DNA from: a virus
Reading direction: 5' to 3' (one strand)
Virus record (IMG/VR): IMGVR_UViG_3300042923_001106
Coordinates: 64,001-128,000 of that record
Length of the DNA stretch: 64,000 nt
Below the pieces are notes generated by a model. That model ran no database searches. It was not told where the DNA came from and was given only the letters and a program-made list of their open reading frames with translations. Shown one piece after another: positions 18,640-27,681 of this stretch. Made by a program: the position numbers and the translations under genes. Positions within the stretch are counted from its first letter, which is position 1. Each line of letters begins with the position of its first letter.

Positions 18640-18909
18640 ATGAAACAGACAGTAGCTTTAACCGTATTGTTGGGAATTCTCTCATTAATTATTATCGGAT
18701 GCTCTACCACACAACAGACAAAACAATTTATAGAAGTTCGTGTCAATAAGGATATGGTAACTCTTAACATCGATCATATAGTAAGTATTCAACCTAACGG
18801 CGATAATGGAGCAGTTATACTAATGGATACGTCAAATGGCATGAATGGCGGACACTTGAATATATCTGAAAGTTACGATGTAATTATTAAACGATTATCC
18901 AAACAGTAA
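18640..18909 (+). CDS. Putative lipoprotein
   Basis: Signal peptide ending LIIIG-C (lipobox-like). Confidence 0.6.
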   Translation: MKQTVALTVLLGILSLIIIGCSTTQQTKQFIEVRVNKDMVTLNIDHIVSIQPNGDNGAVILMDTSNGMNGGHLNISESYDVIIKRLSKQ

Positions 18910-18940
18910 GATGAAGTAAATAAAAAATCCATTTCATTAG

Positions 18941-19429
18941 GTGAGAGGGGAAAAGATGAATACCAGACAGCGTTTGTTTACTACCCAATATAGGGAACTT
19001 TTGGATTGTGAGTGGAAAATTATCTTCGATCCAGTTAATTTTGAAGCGAAGATTGTTAATGAAAACGGTAAAGAAATAGATGGCGTTCCACTGAGTCTAA
19101 TGTTGGGCGAAATCGACGATTACGGCAAAAGAAAGCATGAGGAAAAGAGTGATAAGATCCGCAAACAACCACTAGATGAGTTCACGAAAAAGAGATTAGA
19201 GATAGAGGATTATGTCTTAATCAAGGATGAAACGGATAGGATTGGTAGAAGGGTTTTTGAAGTCTACCATGACCAGAATGATATTTTAACGTTAGATTGT
19301 TTTTCGGTTTCAAAATCTAATAACCTCGTTTATCAGGAGTTTACTGCTCATCTGCTTGTAGATGAGGTTGAAAAAATATTACCAACATTGAATGAATTCG
19401 TTCGGAAGAAAATGAGATCTAAAGAATAA
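18941..19429 (+). CDS. Hypothetical protein
   Basis: Bracketed by junction motifs. Confidence 0.6.
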   Translation: MRGEKMNTRQRLFTTQYRELLDCEWKIIFDPVNFEAKIVNENGKEIDGVPLSLMLGEIDDYGKRKHEEKSDKIRKQPLDEFTKKRLEIEDYVLIKDETDRIGRRVFEVYHDQNDILTLDCFSVSKSNNLVYQEFTAHLLVDEVEKILPTLNEFVRKKMRSKE

Positions 19430-19481
19430 TATAGATTATGAAAAGTTCATTTTATAATCTCTTAATTGGAGGCGTTGTTGA

Positions 19482-19886
19482 ATGGAACTGGATACTAAAC
19501 AAAGAGTCCTACTTGCTCTTTATACAGAATATCAAAAAGATTTGCCAGAAATGAGAAGTATCAAACCAGACGTATTAGAGTTGGAACCAGATGTATTTCA
19601 TATTGCTATTATGAAACTAGAAACTGAGGGGTATATTACTGATACAACTCCAATAAGGACGTTGGGCATGAGACATCCTGCTTATCGAATTGATAGCGTA
19701 AAATTAACTAGAGACGGAATTGAATATGTAGAATCAAAATTGAATATTGATCCAACATCAAGTGGCAATGAAAAGGCAAGAGGTGTTTGGAGAAAAGTTG
19801 GTGAATGGGGATTGGAACAGTTTAAAGACGTTATTGCGAAAATAGCAGCAGAGGCGATTAAAGGGCAGTTCGATACTAAATCCTAA
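19482..19886 (+). CDS. YjcQ-like winged-helix protein
   Basis: LLALYTEYQKD...FHIAIMKLETEGYI...KLTRDGIEYVE pattern. Confidence 0.6.
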   Translation: MELDTKQRVLLALYTEYQKDLPEMRSIKPDVLELEPDVFHIAIMKLETEGYITDTTPIRTLGMRHPAYRIDSVKLTRDGIEYVESKLNIDPTSSGNEKARGVWRKVGEWGLEQFKDVIAKIAAEAIKGQFDTKS

Positions 19887-19902
19887 CTAGGAGATACAAT
19901 CA

Positions 19903-20373
19903 ATGAAATACACCTATGATTACTTTAGCAGAAATCGTGAGATTACACTAAGAAAATTATTAAATATTGAAGGTTCATATTCATCCATTTCAATCCGCGA
20001 ATTTTATGGAGAAGGTAAAAACCCAAATGAAAATCGCGCTATAAACTCTCTAGATCGAGGATTGTATATAATACAAAAGGGCAATTCCAGTGCTTCTGTT
20101 GATGATCTATTGAATTGTAACTTTAGTGATATTTTAAAAATAAGGAATGCTGGTAAGGGCTCTCATATAATTATTTTGAATGGAATTCTCGATTATTTTA
20201 AACTTGGGAAAATTATCGATGAACCAGAATTAATACGGTCGTACAAATGTGAAATAGATAAATTGATCCAGAGTTGTGATAATGACTCGTTAAAAGAAAT
20301 TATTTATTTACTTTTTGAAGAGCTGTCAATTATTGAAGCAGAAAAAGCATTAAGAAAAATAAAAGACAAGTAA
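19903..20373 (+). CDS. Protein with an RNA polymerase alpha-CTD-like domain
   Basis: RAINSL...SVDDLLNCNFSDILKIRNAGKGS aligns by eye with the alpha-CTD motif RxxNCL...TVxDLL...LLKIRNxGxKS. Confidence 0.55.
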   Translation: MKYTYDYFSRNREITLRKLLNIEGSYSSISIREFYGEGKNPNENRAINSLDRGLYIIQKGNSSASVDDLLNCNFSDILKIRNAGKGSHIIILNGILDYFKLGKIIDEPELIRSYKCEIDKLIQSCDNDSLKEIIYLLFEELSIIEAEKALRKIKDK

Positions 20374-20415
20374 TGAAAATACTATTTTATTTCTTTCTAT
20401 AGAAAGGAATTTTAA

Positions 20416-21018
20416 ATGAAGAGAATTAGTTTCAAAACGGGGTCAATAATTGGGTCTATATTATTGCTTTCTGCTTGTTTAGTTTCAGGTATATGGGCCT
20501 TCCAGAGTAGAAATGAAATCAAACAACTAAAAGTGTCTTTGCAGAGTAAGGAGAATGCTTTAGTACAATCTGAGGAGAAAATTATAAATATTCAGAACCA
20601 AAATCTAGAGATCGCTGAGTTATTTGAGTTTCTTTCAGAAACCCAAACCACAATGAATCTTGGGAAAAAGATGGTTAGTGATATCAATTCGCAAAAAGTT
20701 GGTGAAATCGATTTTAATAAGTACACTTATCCCACAGAGAAACGAATAGAGCTAGTCGATGCTTTTGTTAACTACCAAAAGAAGTACACAAAAGATCGAT
20801 TAGAAAAAATCTATATACAAATCGGGCAAAAAGAAGAGGAAGTATCTAAACATCAAAAAATGATTGAAGATTATCTTAACTTTGCAGTAAATTTCAGGGA
20901 CCGAAAGAATGAACCTTTAGGAATCTTGCGGCTTAATGATCTTTTAGCAGCTCTACAAGTAGAAAAAGCTATCTCAGCAACTCAAGAAAAAATTCATGGT
21001 CTACTGCAAAATAAGTAA
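20416..21018 (+). CDS. Membrane-anchored or secreted coiled-coil protein
   Basis: N-terminal hydrophobic helix; bracketed by junction motifs. Confidence 0.6.
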   Translation: MKRISFKTGSIIGSILLLSACLVSGIWAFQSRNEIKQLKVSLQSKENALVQSEEKIINIQNQNLEIAELFEFLSETQTTMNLGKKMVSDINSQKVGEIDFNKYTYPTEKRIELVDAFVNYQKKYTKDRLEKIYIQIGQKEEEVSKHQKMIEDYLNFAVNFRDRKNEPLGILRLNDLLAALQVEKAISATQEKIHGLLQNK

Positions 21019-21057
21019 ATGAAAAGACTCTTTCATGGGGAAGTAGGAGGTGCATAA

Positions 21058-21318
21058 ATGAGACTTACAGATAAAACGGGTGCTTGGGATAGATTAAAAA
21101 GATGGGAAGGAAAGTATAAAAAGTTTGAAGTATCAATTAGTCAGGGCAGTAGTGATCCACTTAGAGGCATTGTAGACTGCTATTACTTCGTGGTAATTTG
21201 CAACGAACCTGATTTAAGACACAATTCTTTGTGGACTAAGGATAAATACAGTTCAAAAGAAGAGGCTGAACAAGCAGCAATTAACTGGATTGATGAAAAA
21301 CTGAAGGCAATAAAATAA
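21058..21318 (+). CDS. Hypothetical protein
   Basis: RBS AGGAGGTG. Confidence 0.65.
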   Translation: MRLTDKTGAWDRLKRWEGKYKKFEVSISQGSSDPLRGIVDCYYFVVICNEPDLRHNSLWTKDKYSSKEEAEQAAINWIDEKLKAIK

Positions 21319-21585
21319 CGGTGTTGTAGAAAGGGAGAGGGGAAAATGTATAAGGTTGGAGATTGGGTTAAAACATCTCAGACATCAAGCGACTTTATAA
21401 GAATAATTGAACTCAGCGAATCAGACTCTAAAGGTGGGACACCTGTACGGGTATCATAGCAAATACTCTAAGAGAAGGAAACCAGCGGGGTTCAATACAA
21501 ATATAAATGAGAACAAGTCAGAAATGTACAAAGGGTAGAAGCGAATAATAAAATAACTTTCATAGGGAAATAGGAGGCATTAAAT

Positions 21586-22407
21586 TTGAGCAAAGCTAAA
21601 AAGAAAATCGATGTAAACTCAGAAGAATTTAAAGTGCAGCAACACAGGGATAATCTTATACGTATTGAGGAACGATTGATTCACATTCCAGAGCCAACTG
21701 TTACTTTTGAGATTGGAGAAAGTGTAAGGGTGGGTAGTCTTGAAGATGAGATTGTTTTTTCAATTCTTCATGGTGGCAAAATTCTTGAAATCGATTATAC
21801 CTCTGTTAAGTCAAATTACGGAAATCCAATTCGCGAGGAGCATCAAAAGGGGTATTGGACATGGACAGAGACAAGAAAGAAAAATGACAATGTTAATTCT
21901 CTAATTGAAAACGACGATATCCGTTTGAACTACTCTCAAACCCATCTACGTGGATTGCTAACTAAAGTCTATCATTTTGGCGTAGATTTTAATCCTGATT
22001 ATCAGCGTGATTACGTTTGGGATGAGAGCGACAAAGTTAAGTTAATTGATGCAATATACAAAAATGTAGACATTGGGAAGTTCGCCTTTGTTCGGGTATC
22101 CGATAGAAAGTGGGAAGATAACGGGCATATCTACAGTTATGAAATTCTAGACGGTAAGCAGCGACTCAGAGCAATTCTCGATTATTATGAAAATCGTTTC
22201 CCGTACAAAGGATTTTATTTCAATGACTTATCACGCAGGGATCAAAATCATATGATGGAATACAGTGTTAATGTGGCCGAAGTATCCGAGCTAACTTACG
22301 AGCAAACGTTACGATACTTCCTGATGCTCAACACTAGTGGACGGATTATGAGTGAAGAACATCTAGACAAGGTTCGTCAATTGCTTGATCAAGAGACGAT
22401 GAAATAA
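21586..22407 (+). CDS. DUF262 (GmrSD/ParB-like) domain protein
   Basis: NPDYQRDYVW, LIDAIYKNVDIGKF, ILDGKQRL and FLMLNTSG motifs. Confidence 0.85.
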   Translation: MSKAKKKIDVNSEEFKVQQHRDNLIRIEERLIHIPEPTVTFEIGESVRVGSLEDEIVFSILHGGKILEIDYTSVKSNYGNPIREEHQKGYWTWTETRKKNDNVNSLIENDDIRLNYSQTHLRGLLTKVYHFGVDFNPDYQRDYVWDESDKVKLIDAIYKNVDIGKFAFVRVSDRKWEDNGHIYSYEILDGKQRLRAILDYYENRFPYKGFYFNDLSRRDQNHMMEYSVNVAEVSELTYEQTLRYFLMLNTSGRIMSEEHLDKVRQLLDQETMK

Positions 22408-22434
22408 CGGTTTCATTGAGAGGTAGGGTTAATA

Positions 22435-22638
22435 ATGATTGAGTTCAAGAGAACATCTGTACACGAAGTTGGAGGCTGTAATTATTGTGATCAAGGCAAA
22501 CTGAGCTTCGGTGGACATAATTTAGTGTATCCATATGATGAGGTATTTGAGATTCGCGGCAATAGAACGAGAACAACAATATGCGCGGACTGCTTAGAAG
22601 AGTTAGTTAGTAAGAATCCGTTAAAAATGAATTTATGA
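22435..22638 (+). CDS. Zinc-finger protein
   Basis: CNYC...ICADC. Confidence 0.55.
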   Translation: MIEFKRTSVHEVGGCNYCDQGKLSFGGHNLVYPYDEVFEIRGNRTRTTICADCLEELVSKNPLKMNL

Positions 22639-22651
22639 GGAGTTACAATAT

Positions 22652-22855
22652 ATGATTTGGATGTACACAATAGTAAAAAGAGTAGAAGATAGATTTGGTA
22701 ATAAGTGGACAATTGATGGTAAAATATATGAGCCGTTCACAGATAGGAGTTTGAGTTATGTATTGAACCAGTACGGAGCAGAAGGTTGGGAATTGGTTAC
22801 TAAGGAAGACGGAAATACTTATATTTTCAAGAAGTTGCATCAAGATGATGAATGA
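22652..22855 (+). CDS. DUF4177-like small protein
   Basis: LNQYGAEGWELV. Confidence 0.5.
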   Translation: MIWMYTIVKRVEDRFGNKWTIDGKIYEPFTDRSLSYVLNQYGAEGWELVTKEDGNTYIFKKLHQDDE

Positions 22856-22885
22856 CAAATAAACGATGATTTTATGGGATGAGAG

Positions 22886-23200
22886 GTGAGTAATGTGGAG
22901 TATGGAGTTTTCAATGGAAGAGAATTGATTCAAACATTTGAAAATGATGAGGAAGGTAAGGAGATCGCACTCAATTTATTTAAGGAATCAGGAGAAGTAT
23001 ATTTTTGTAGAAGATTACACTTTGATGAGTTAACAGAAGATTCTAAAATTCGCAGACTAAAAAATCGACTTGATGAGTTAAACGAATTTCTGGATCGAGC
23101 CAAAGAATCTGGTAGAACATATAGGTCGGACACATCAATAAATGCCGATGAACTTGAATGGCTGCTTAACTTAGCACAAAAACAATTACAGATGAAATGA
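22886..23200 (+). CDS. Hypothetical protein
   Basis: Bracketed by junction motifs. Confidence 0.55.
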   Translation: MSNVEYGVFNGRELIQTFENDEEGKEIALNLFKESGEVYFCRRLHFDELTEDSKIRRLKNRLDELNEFLDRAKESGRTYRSDTSINADELEWLLNLAQKQLQMK

Positions 23201-23222
23201 CGACTTCAAAGGAAGTGAGAAA

Positions 23223-23768
23223 TTGCAAATGCTGCTACGTAAATCATTTCATTTTGAGAAGCAGAAGTATATGTTTACAGTGGAAACAGATGGTGTCTTT
23301 TTAGTGTTGAATTGTTACAAGGGCGGAAGTGAGAAAAACGAAGCGGTTCTAATTGAACGATTTTCTCCAATAGAGAAGAAAATTATGAATGTTATTGATG
23401 ATACGATTGGTCACTCAATGGTTACTGATTTACGAAAAGACACAAAGAGAATGAGTGATTATGTCAGAAAATACTATAAAGTTCCTTTCCCAGAAGTAAA
23501 TGAACTCTTGGTTCTGGATGAAGAGATAGAAAAAAATGGGTATTCGGTTTACGAAGATATTTTGGTGTTGGAGTACTTGGAAAATAAAGAAATACCATTT
23601 GTAACTTTTGAGTATGAAGGTAAAAAGTACGTGTTTACTTCAAAAAATAAACTGGATGAATTTCAAGAAGTATTAATGAAAGAAGTTACAAAAAAGAAAA
23701 ACGAAATTAAGCAGATCCAAGATTTAGAGATGGACATTTTTTATAAGTCAAAGCGCATCTTCGGATAG
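23223..23768 (+). CDS. Hypothetical protein
   Basis: Bracketed by near-match junction motifs. Confidence 0.6.
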   Translation: MQMLLRKSFHFEKQKYMFTVETDGVFLVLNCYKGGSEKNEAVLIERFSPIEKKIMNVIDDTIGHSMVTDLRKDTKRMSDYVRKYYKVPFPEVNELLVLDEEIEKNGYSVYEDILVLEYLENKEIPFVTFEYEGKKYVFTSKNKLDEFQEVLMKEVTKKKNEIKQIQDLEMDIFYKSKRIFG

Positions 23769-23832
23769 AGAGATAAAGATTTTTGAGCAATTCCGATGAG
23801 AACATGCTTTTATCTGATAAAAGGTTAGGAAG

Positions 23833-24276
23833 GTGTGGCGAAAAGTGAAAACTAAAGATTACATTAAGATGCTGCAAGTAGGAAAAAATCCAGTTGTTCG
23901 TTTCACTAAATTGATTGATACATTTGAATGCGAAGTGGACGAAGGAATGCTGGCCAGAGCGGTATCTGTGAGGGACGAGGGAGACGGAACAACAAAAGTT
24001 GTATTCGAAGTAAAAGAGTTTGAATCGACAAATATTCCATTTATGAAACTCGACTATTTTGATAAAGATGGAGATCCGACCTTGAGATGGATCGACACAA
24101 ACTTTTATCCCAAAGACGGTATTGAATATTTTTATATTGAAACTGATGGTGAAACACCCTTTGAAATTATTGATGACAACGTTGCTTTGAATGATTATAG
24201 AAACAGCGGATCAAGTCTAAGCTATATTCAATGGCTAGAGGAGCAGTATTTGAAATTATCAAAGAAGCATATCTAA
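23833..24276 (+). CDS. Hypothetical phage protein
   Basis: RBS AGGAAGGTG. Confidence 0.6.
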   Translation: MWRKVKTKDYIKMLQVGKNPVVRFTKLIDTFECEVDEGMLARAVSVRDEGDGTTKVVFEVKEFESTNIPFMKLDYFDKDGDPTLRWIDTNFYPKDGIEYFYIETDGETPFEIIDDNVALNDYRNSGSSLSYIQWLEEQYLKLSKKHI

Positions 24277-24301
24277 ACCTTTTACCAAGGATGAGAGCGG
24301 T

Positions 24302-24568
24302 ATGACTATAGATAAATGTACAATTGAAGGCTGCACTGATCCTGTTAAAGCCAAAGGCTTGTGTAGCATGCACCATCAAAGGTTAAGACGTACCGGAAGT
24401 GTAGAAGCAAAAAAACCAAAAGAAACACAAAGGATCGCCAATAGAAGCTCGAACAAGTCGTTCCTGTTAAAAAAATGTAATGCATATGGATGTAATGAAT
24501 ACGCCTCAAGCATGGGACTCTGTAAAAAGCACTTGGAAGAATGGGATTGCGGGATTAAAATACGATAG
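24302..24568 (+). CDS. Tandem Cys/His zinc-motif protein
   Basis: CTIEGC...KAKGLCSMHH and CNAYGC...MGLCKKH repeats, a motif often found N-terminal to phage HNH nucleases. Confidence 0.6.
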   Translation: MTIDKCTIEGCTDPVKAKGLCSMHHQRLRRTGSVEAKKPKETQRIANRSSNKSFLLKKCNAYGCNEYASSMGLCKKHLEEWDCGIKIR

Positions 24569-24657
24569 CTGATTTGTAAATGATTGTTGATCATTTTATG
24601 AGTGTTTATGAAGTGTGACAGTGAAAGGTAATTTTATTTGAGGCGAGAATAACTAAC

Positions 24658-25110
24658 ATGTCTGTCAATGTGATTCAAGGTGATTTACTCAATGCTCCAG
24701 AAAACATAATTGGACATCAGGTTAATTGTCAGGCCGTAATGGGATCAGGTGTAGCTAGAGCTTTGAGGGACAAGTATTCCGATTTATACTCAGCATACAC
24801 AGAGTTTTGTACGGGAAACTCACCAAAAGAATTATTAGGACAGTTGCAAATTGTACCAGTCGCAAAAGACAAATATGTGGCTAATCTATTTGGTCAGCTG
24901 AATTTTGGACGATCTAACATTACATACACTAATTACGACGCTCTGAAAGAGGCATTACTTGCATTAAAAGAATGCGCCAAAGAAAATGGATATACTGTTG
25001 CGCTTCCATATAATATCGGCTGCGGATTGGCCAACGGTAGATGGGCAATTGTTGAAAAGATACTCGAAGATGTTTTTTCGGACTATGATGTGGTATTGTA
25101 CAAAATTTAA
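24658..25110 (+). CDS. Macro domain (ADP-ribose processing) protein
   Basis: GDLLNA..IIGHQVNCQAVMGSGVA...VANLFGQ...ALPYNIGCGLANGRW. Confidence 0.9.
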   Translation: MSVNVIQGDLLNAPENIIGHQVNCQAVMGSGVARALRDKYSDLYSAYTEFCTGNSPKELLGQLQIVPVAKDKYVANLFGQLNFGRSNITYTNYDALKEALLALKECAKENGYTVALPYNIGCGLANGRWAIVEKILEDVFSDYDVVLYKI

Positions 25111-25127
25111 TAATACTACACAATTTC

Positions 25128-25526
25128 ATGGAGGACAGAAGGATGAATCCAAAAGAAATTGGTAAGAGAATAGTGTATGTTCTACAGCTTGAAAATGATT
25201 ATTTTTATGTTGGACAAACGCCATATTTAGTTAAAAGATTGGATGAACATAAAAGGAACAAAGGATCTGTCTGGACTAAGATTCATAAGTACGAATACCT
25301 GATTGAAACTTATGATGCGGGGTCATGTACATCGAAAGATGCAGAGGCCCTTGAGAATGAAGTAGTCATAAAGTATATGAAAGACAAAGGATGGAGGAGA
25401 GTTAGGGGAGGTAATTTAAGTGCTATTGATGAGAAGGAAATATTGAGAGTACTATTGAAATTTCCGAAAAAGTATAACCTAGATCAAGAATTTATAAATA
25501 TTCTAACTGCCAGTCAATCTGAATAA
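25128..25526 (+). CDS. GIY-YIG nuclease
   Basis: VYVLQLENDYFYVGQT...RLDEH...LENE...RVRGG. Confidence 0.85.
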   Translation: MEDRRMNPKEIGKRIVYVLQLENDYFYVGQTPYLVKRLDEHKRNKGSVWTKIHKYEYLIETYDAGSCTSKDAEALENEVVIKYMKDKGWRRVRGGNLSAIDEKEILRVLLKFPKKYNLDQEFINILTASQSE

Positions 25527-25563
25527 AACAACAATTTCAATTGATTGTAAAGGAGTATGAAAT

Positions 25564-25872
25564 TTGAATAAAATAGAAAGAAATTATTTATTTGAACTAT
25601 ACAATAACTCTAATTTTGTCCCTAACATCAAAAACAATATGGATATTGGAGCAGCTACTAGTCAGAGATATGACTTAATGGAACAGTCCAAATTAATCAA
25701 ATCACTTTCATACGCTATTCTTATGTTAGGTTCAGAAGATGATAAGGAATATTGGAAAGAAGAATGCGATGAAGCATTGCATGAATTAATGGAGTTTCGA
25801 AAACATAGAGAGGAGGAAAATTGGAATCCTAGAACAACATATGGATACACAGTAAATTTAAGTGGTTGGTAA
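25564..25872 (+). CDS. Hypothetical protein
   Basis: RBS AAGGAG. Confidence 0.55.
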   Translation: MNKIERNYLFELYNNSNFVPNIKNNMDIGAATSQRYDLMEQSKLIKSLSYAILMLGSEDDKEYWKEECDEALHELMEFRKHREEENWNPRTTYGYTVNLSGW

Positions 25873-26110
25873 TATGATAAAACAAATAATTCATGGGGAG
25901 TTGACGTACATGCAAGAGTTTAAATTTAAAGGGAAAGTTGTTACCGATCCTATTGACGAAAATAATGTAGCATGGTTAATAGAAGATTCTTTTGGAGTAC
26001 GACACAATGCAGCAGACCTTCTAACTGGAATTGATCTCCTGAGTAATAGTTTCCGCACTGAAGATGGAGATGAAGTAGAGATTATAGTTCATAAGAAGGT
26101 CATAAAATAA
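25862..26110 (+). CDS. Hypothetical protein
   Basis: Ends in a junction motif; start probably ATG 25910. Confidence 0.5.
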   Translation: MVGNMIKQIIHGELTYMQEFKFKGKVVTDPIDENNVAWLIEDSFGVRHNAADLLTGIDLLSNSFRTEDGDEVEIIVHKKVIK

Positions 26111-26361
26111 TACTTTTATAGGGTGGTGATAAAGTGGCTACGAGCAAGGAACTTGAAGAAGAGCGAAAAACAATTGCAATGCGAGTTTTTCAATTGCATG
26201 GTGTTGCTGTTGATGTTGGCGGATATAATACTAGACAGTTAAAAGATATTGAAAGAATGCTCGATCAGTCTTACACTTATCATAAATTAAATGATACAAA
26301 AAATGAATAAAACAATTCTTTCATTTGGGCAGTCGGAACTTAATAACGATGGGAGACTAAT

Positions 26362-26793
26362 ATGGGAATGTATTATAGTTTGAGATGTAAGCTGAAATTA
26401 AAAAAAGATTTCGTACCATTGATCCAATCATTATTAGATAGTGACAATGATGATGAATGGAGTAATTTAAAAACTGAGATTGATTCGATAAGAGAATACT
26501 CTAAAGCTGATCGAGCATCTTTTATACCGTTTGGAGGGTTGGCATATTCGCCAGAGTTGTGGCAGTCAGAAGAGGATGAGTGGTGCAATGAGATAGTGAA
26601 TGACACTTGGACTTTCCAATGCAGTATAAAGACACTAAGTACAATCGAGTCGTTTTTTCAAAATGTAGTCCCAATTATTACGGAAGTATCATTGCATATT
26701 GAATTATTTTATGAAGAAGATAATAATTCAACGTTTTACAAACTAATCGAAGGTGCGGTCATTGAAACAGGCGAAATGATCACATATGATTGA
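26362..26793 (+). CDS. Hypothetical phage protein
   Basis: RBS GGGAG; MGMY..LR N-terminus. Confidence 0.65.
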   Translation: MGMYYSLRCKLKLKKDFVPLIQSLLDSDNDDEWSNLKTEIDSIREYSKADRASFIPFGGLAYSPELWQSEEDEWCNEIVNDTWTFQCSIKTLSTIESFFQNVVPIITEVSLHIELFYEEDNNSTFYKLIEGAVIETGEMITYD

Positions 26794-26857
26794 CTTTCAG
26801 ATGAAACAGCGATCTTAATTAACGAATACTCTCTGTAAATAATTCTCTAGCATTATA

Positions 26858-26876
26858 CGAACATACGTTCTATAAT
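26858..26876 (+). promoter_or_regulatory. LexA box abutting a TATAAT -10 element
   Basis: CGAAC-ATAC-GTTC directly followed by TATAAT (26871-26876). Confidence 0.75.
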
Positions 26877-26984
26877 AGCGATATAGCCACTACACTATTT
26901 AAGTGGAACCCAGAGATGTCAGTTTCGTACCTTTTTGACTCAATTAGGAGCAATAAAATAGCGTTTTTATAGGAGGGAAATAAA

Positions 26985-27425
26985 ATGACAATTCGTGCTA
27001 TCGAGAACCCAACTTGGAGTAATGGAATCAAGGAAACATTGACACCATACTCTACATCGTTCGAGTTTGAAGGAGTGCCTGACGATAATCCTTTAGACAG
27101 ATATGAGTGGTTCGAGCTTGTTAACGAAGACGGAGCAACTCAGGGAGTCGGTTGGATTGAAATAGACAAATTTATGGGGAAAGTGGAATGTGAAATATCG
27201 TTATGCGTAAATAGTAACCATAGGACAGTTCGAGGAATTGGAGTGAGATTGTTAGAACATTTAGAAGATGTGGCTACTAATAAATCTGCAGATATCTTTT
27301 TGGCAATTGTTAAGATGAGTAACCCTGAACATGATCAGGTTGTAAGTTGGTTTGAAAGAAGAGGATATACAATCGATCCAGAAGAATCCTCCAATACTAA
27401 CACTTGTCTGAAGAAACATATGTAA
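26985..27425 (+). CDS. GNAT-family acetyltransferase
   Basis: ISLCVNSNHRTVRGIGVRLL (motif A) and SWFERRGY. Confidence 0.8.
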   Translation: MTIRAIENPTWSNGIKETLTPYSTSFEFEGVPDDNPLDRYEWFELVNEDGATQGVGWIEIDKFMGKVECEISLCVNSNHRTVRGIGVRLLEHLEDVATNKSADIFLAIVKMSNPEHDQVVSWFERRGYTIDPEESSNTNTCLKKHM

Positions 27426-27681
27426 TAAAATTGGCATTTCATTTCATTTGATCATTGGAGAGTTCCAAGTTTTGAAGAGTATGATGAATATATAAATCGG
27501 CACCTGTAAAACGGGACTATTTTCCTATTATAAATAAACAAAAAGTAATTTGAAAAATAAAACTAATACATATATCCTCAATAATATGAAAATAAAAATT
27601 GAGGTGTTTATGTGTTTGTTTTATTTTTTAATATTTGTGATATAATATATACCAAAGGGTAAAAAATGAGGAGTTGAGGTA

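Noticed and set aside
21347-21540. Possible tRNA or ncRNA in the gap before the DUF262 gene
   Set aside because: No cloverleaf or T-loop consensus; it looks like a short or degraded ORF. No tRNA genes were recognised anywhere in the window.
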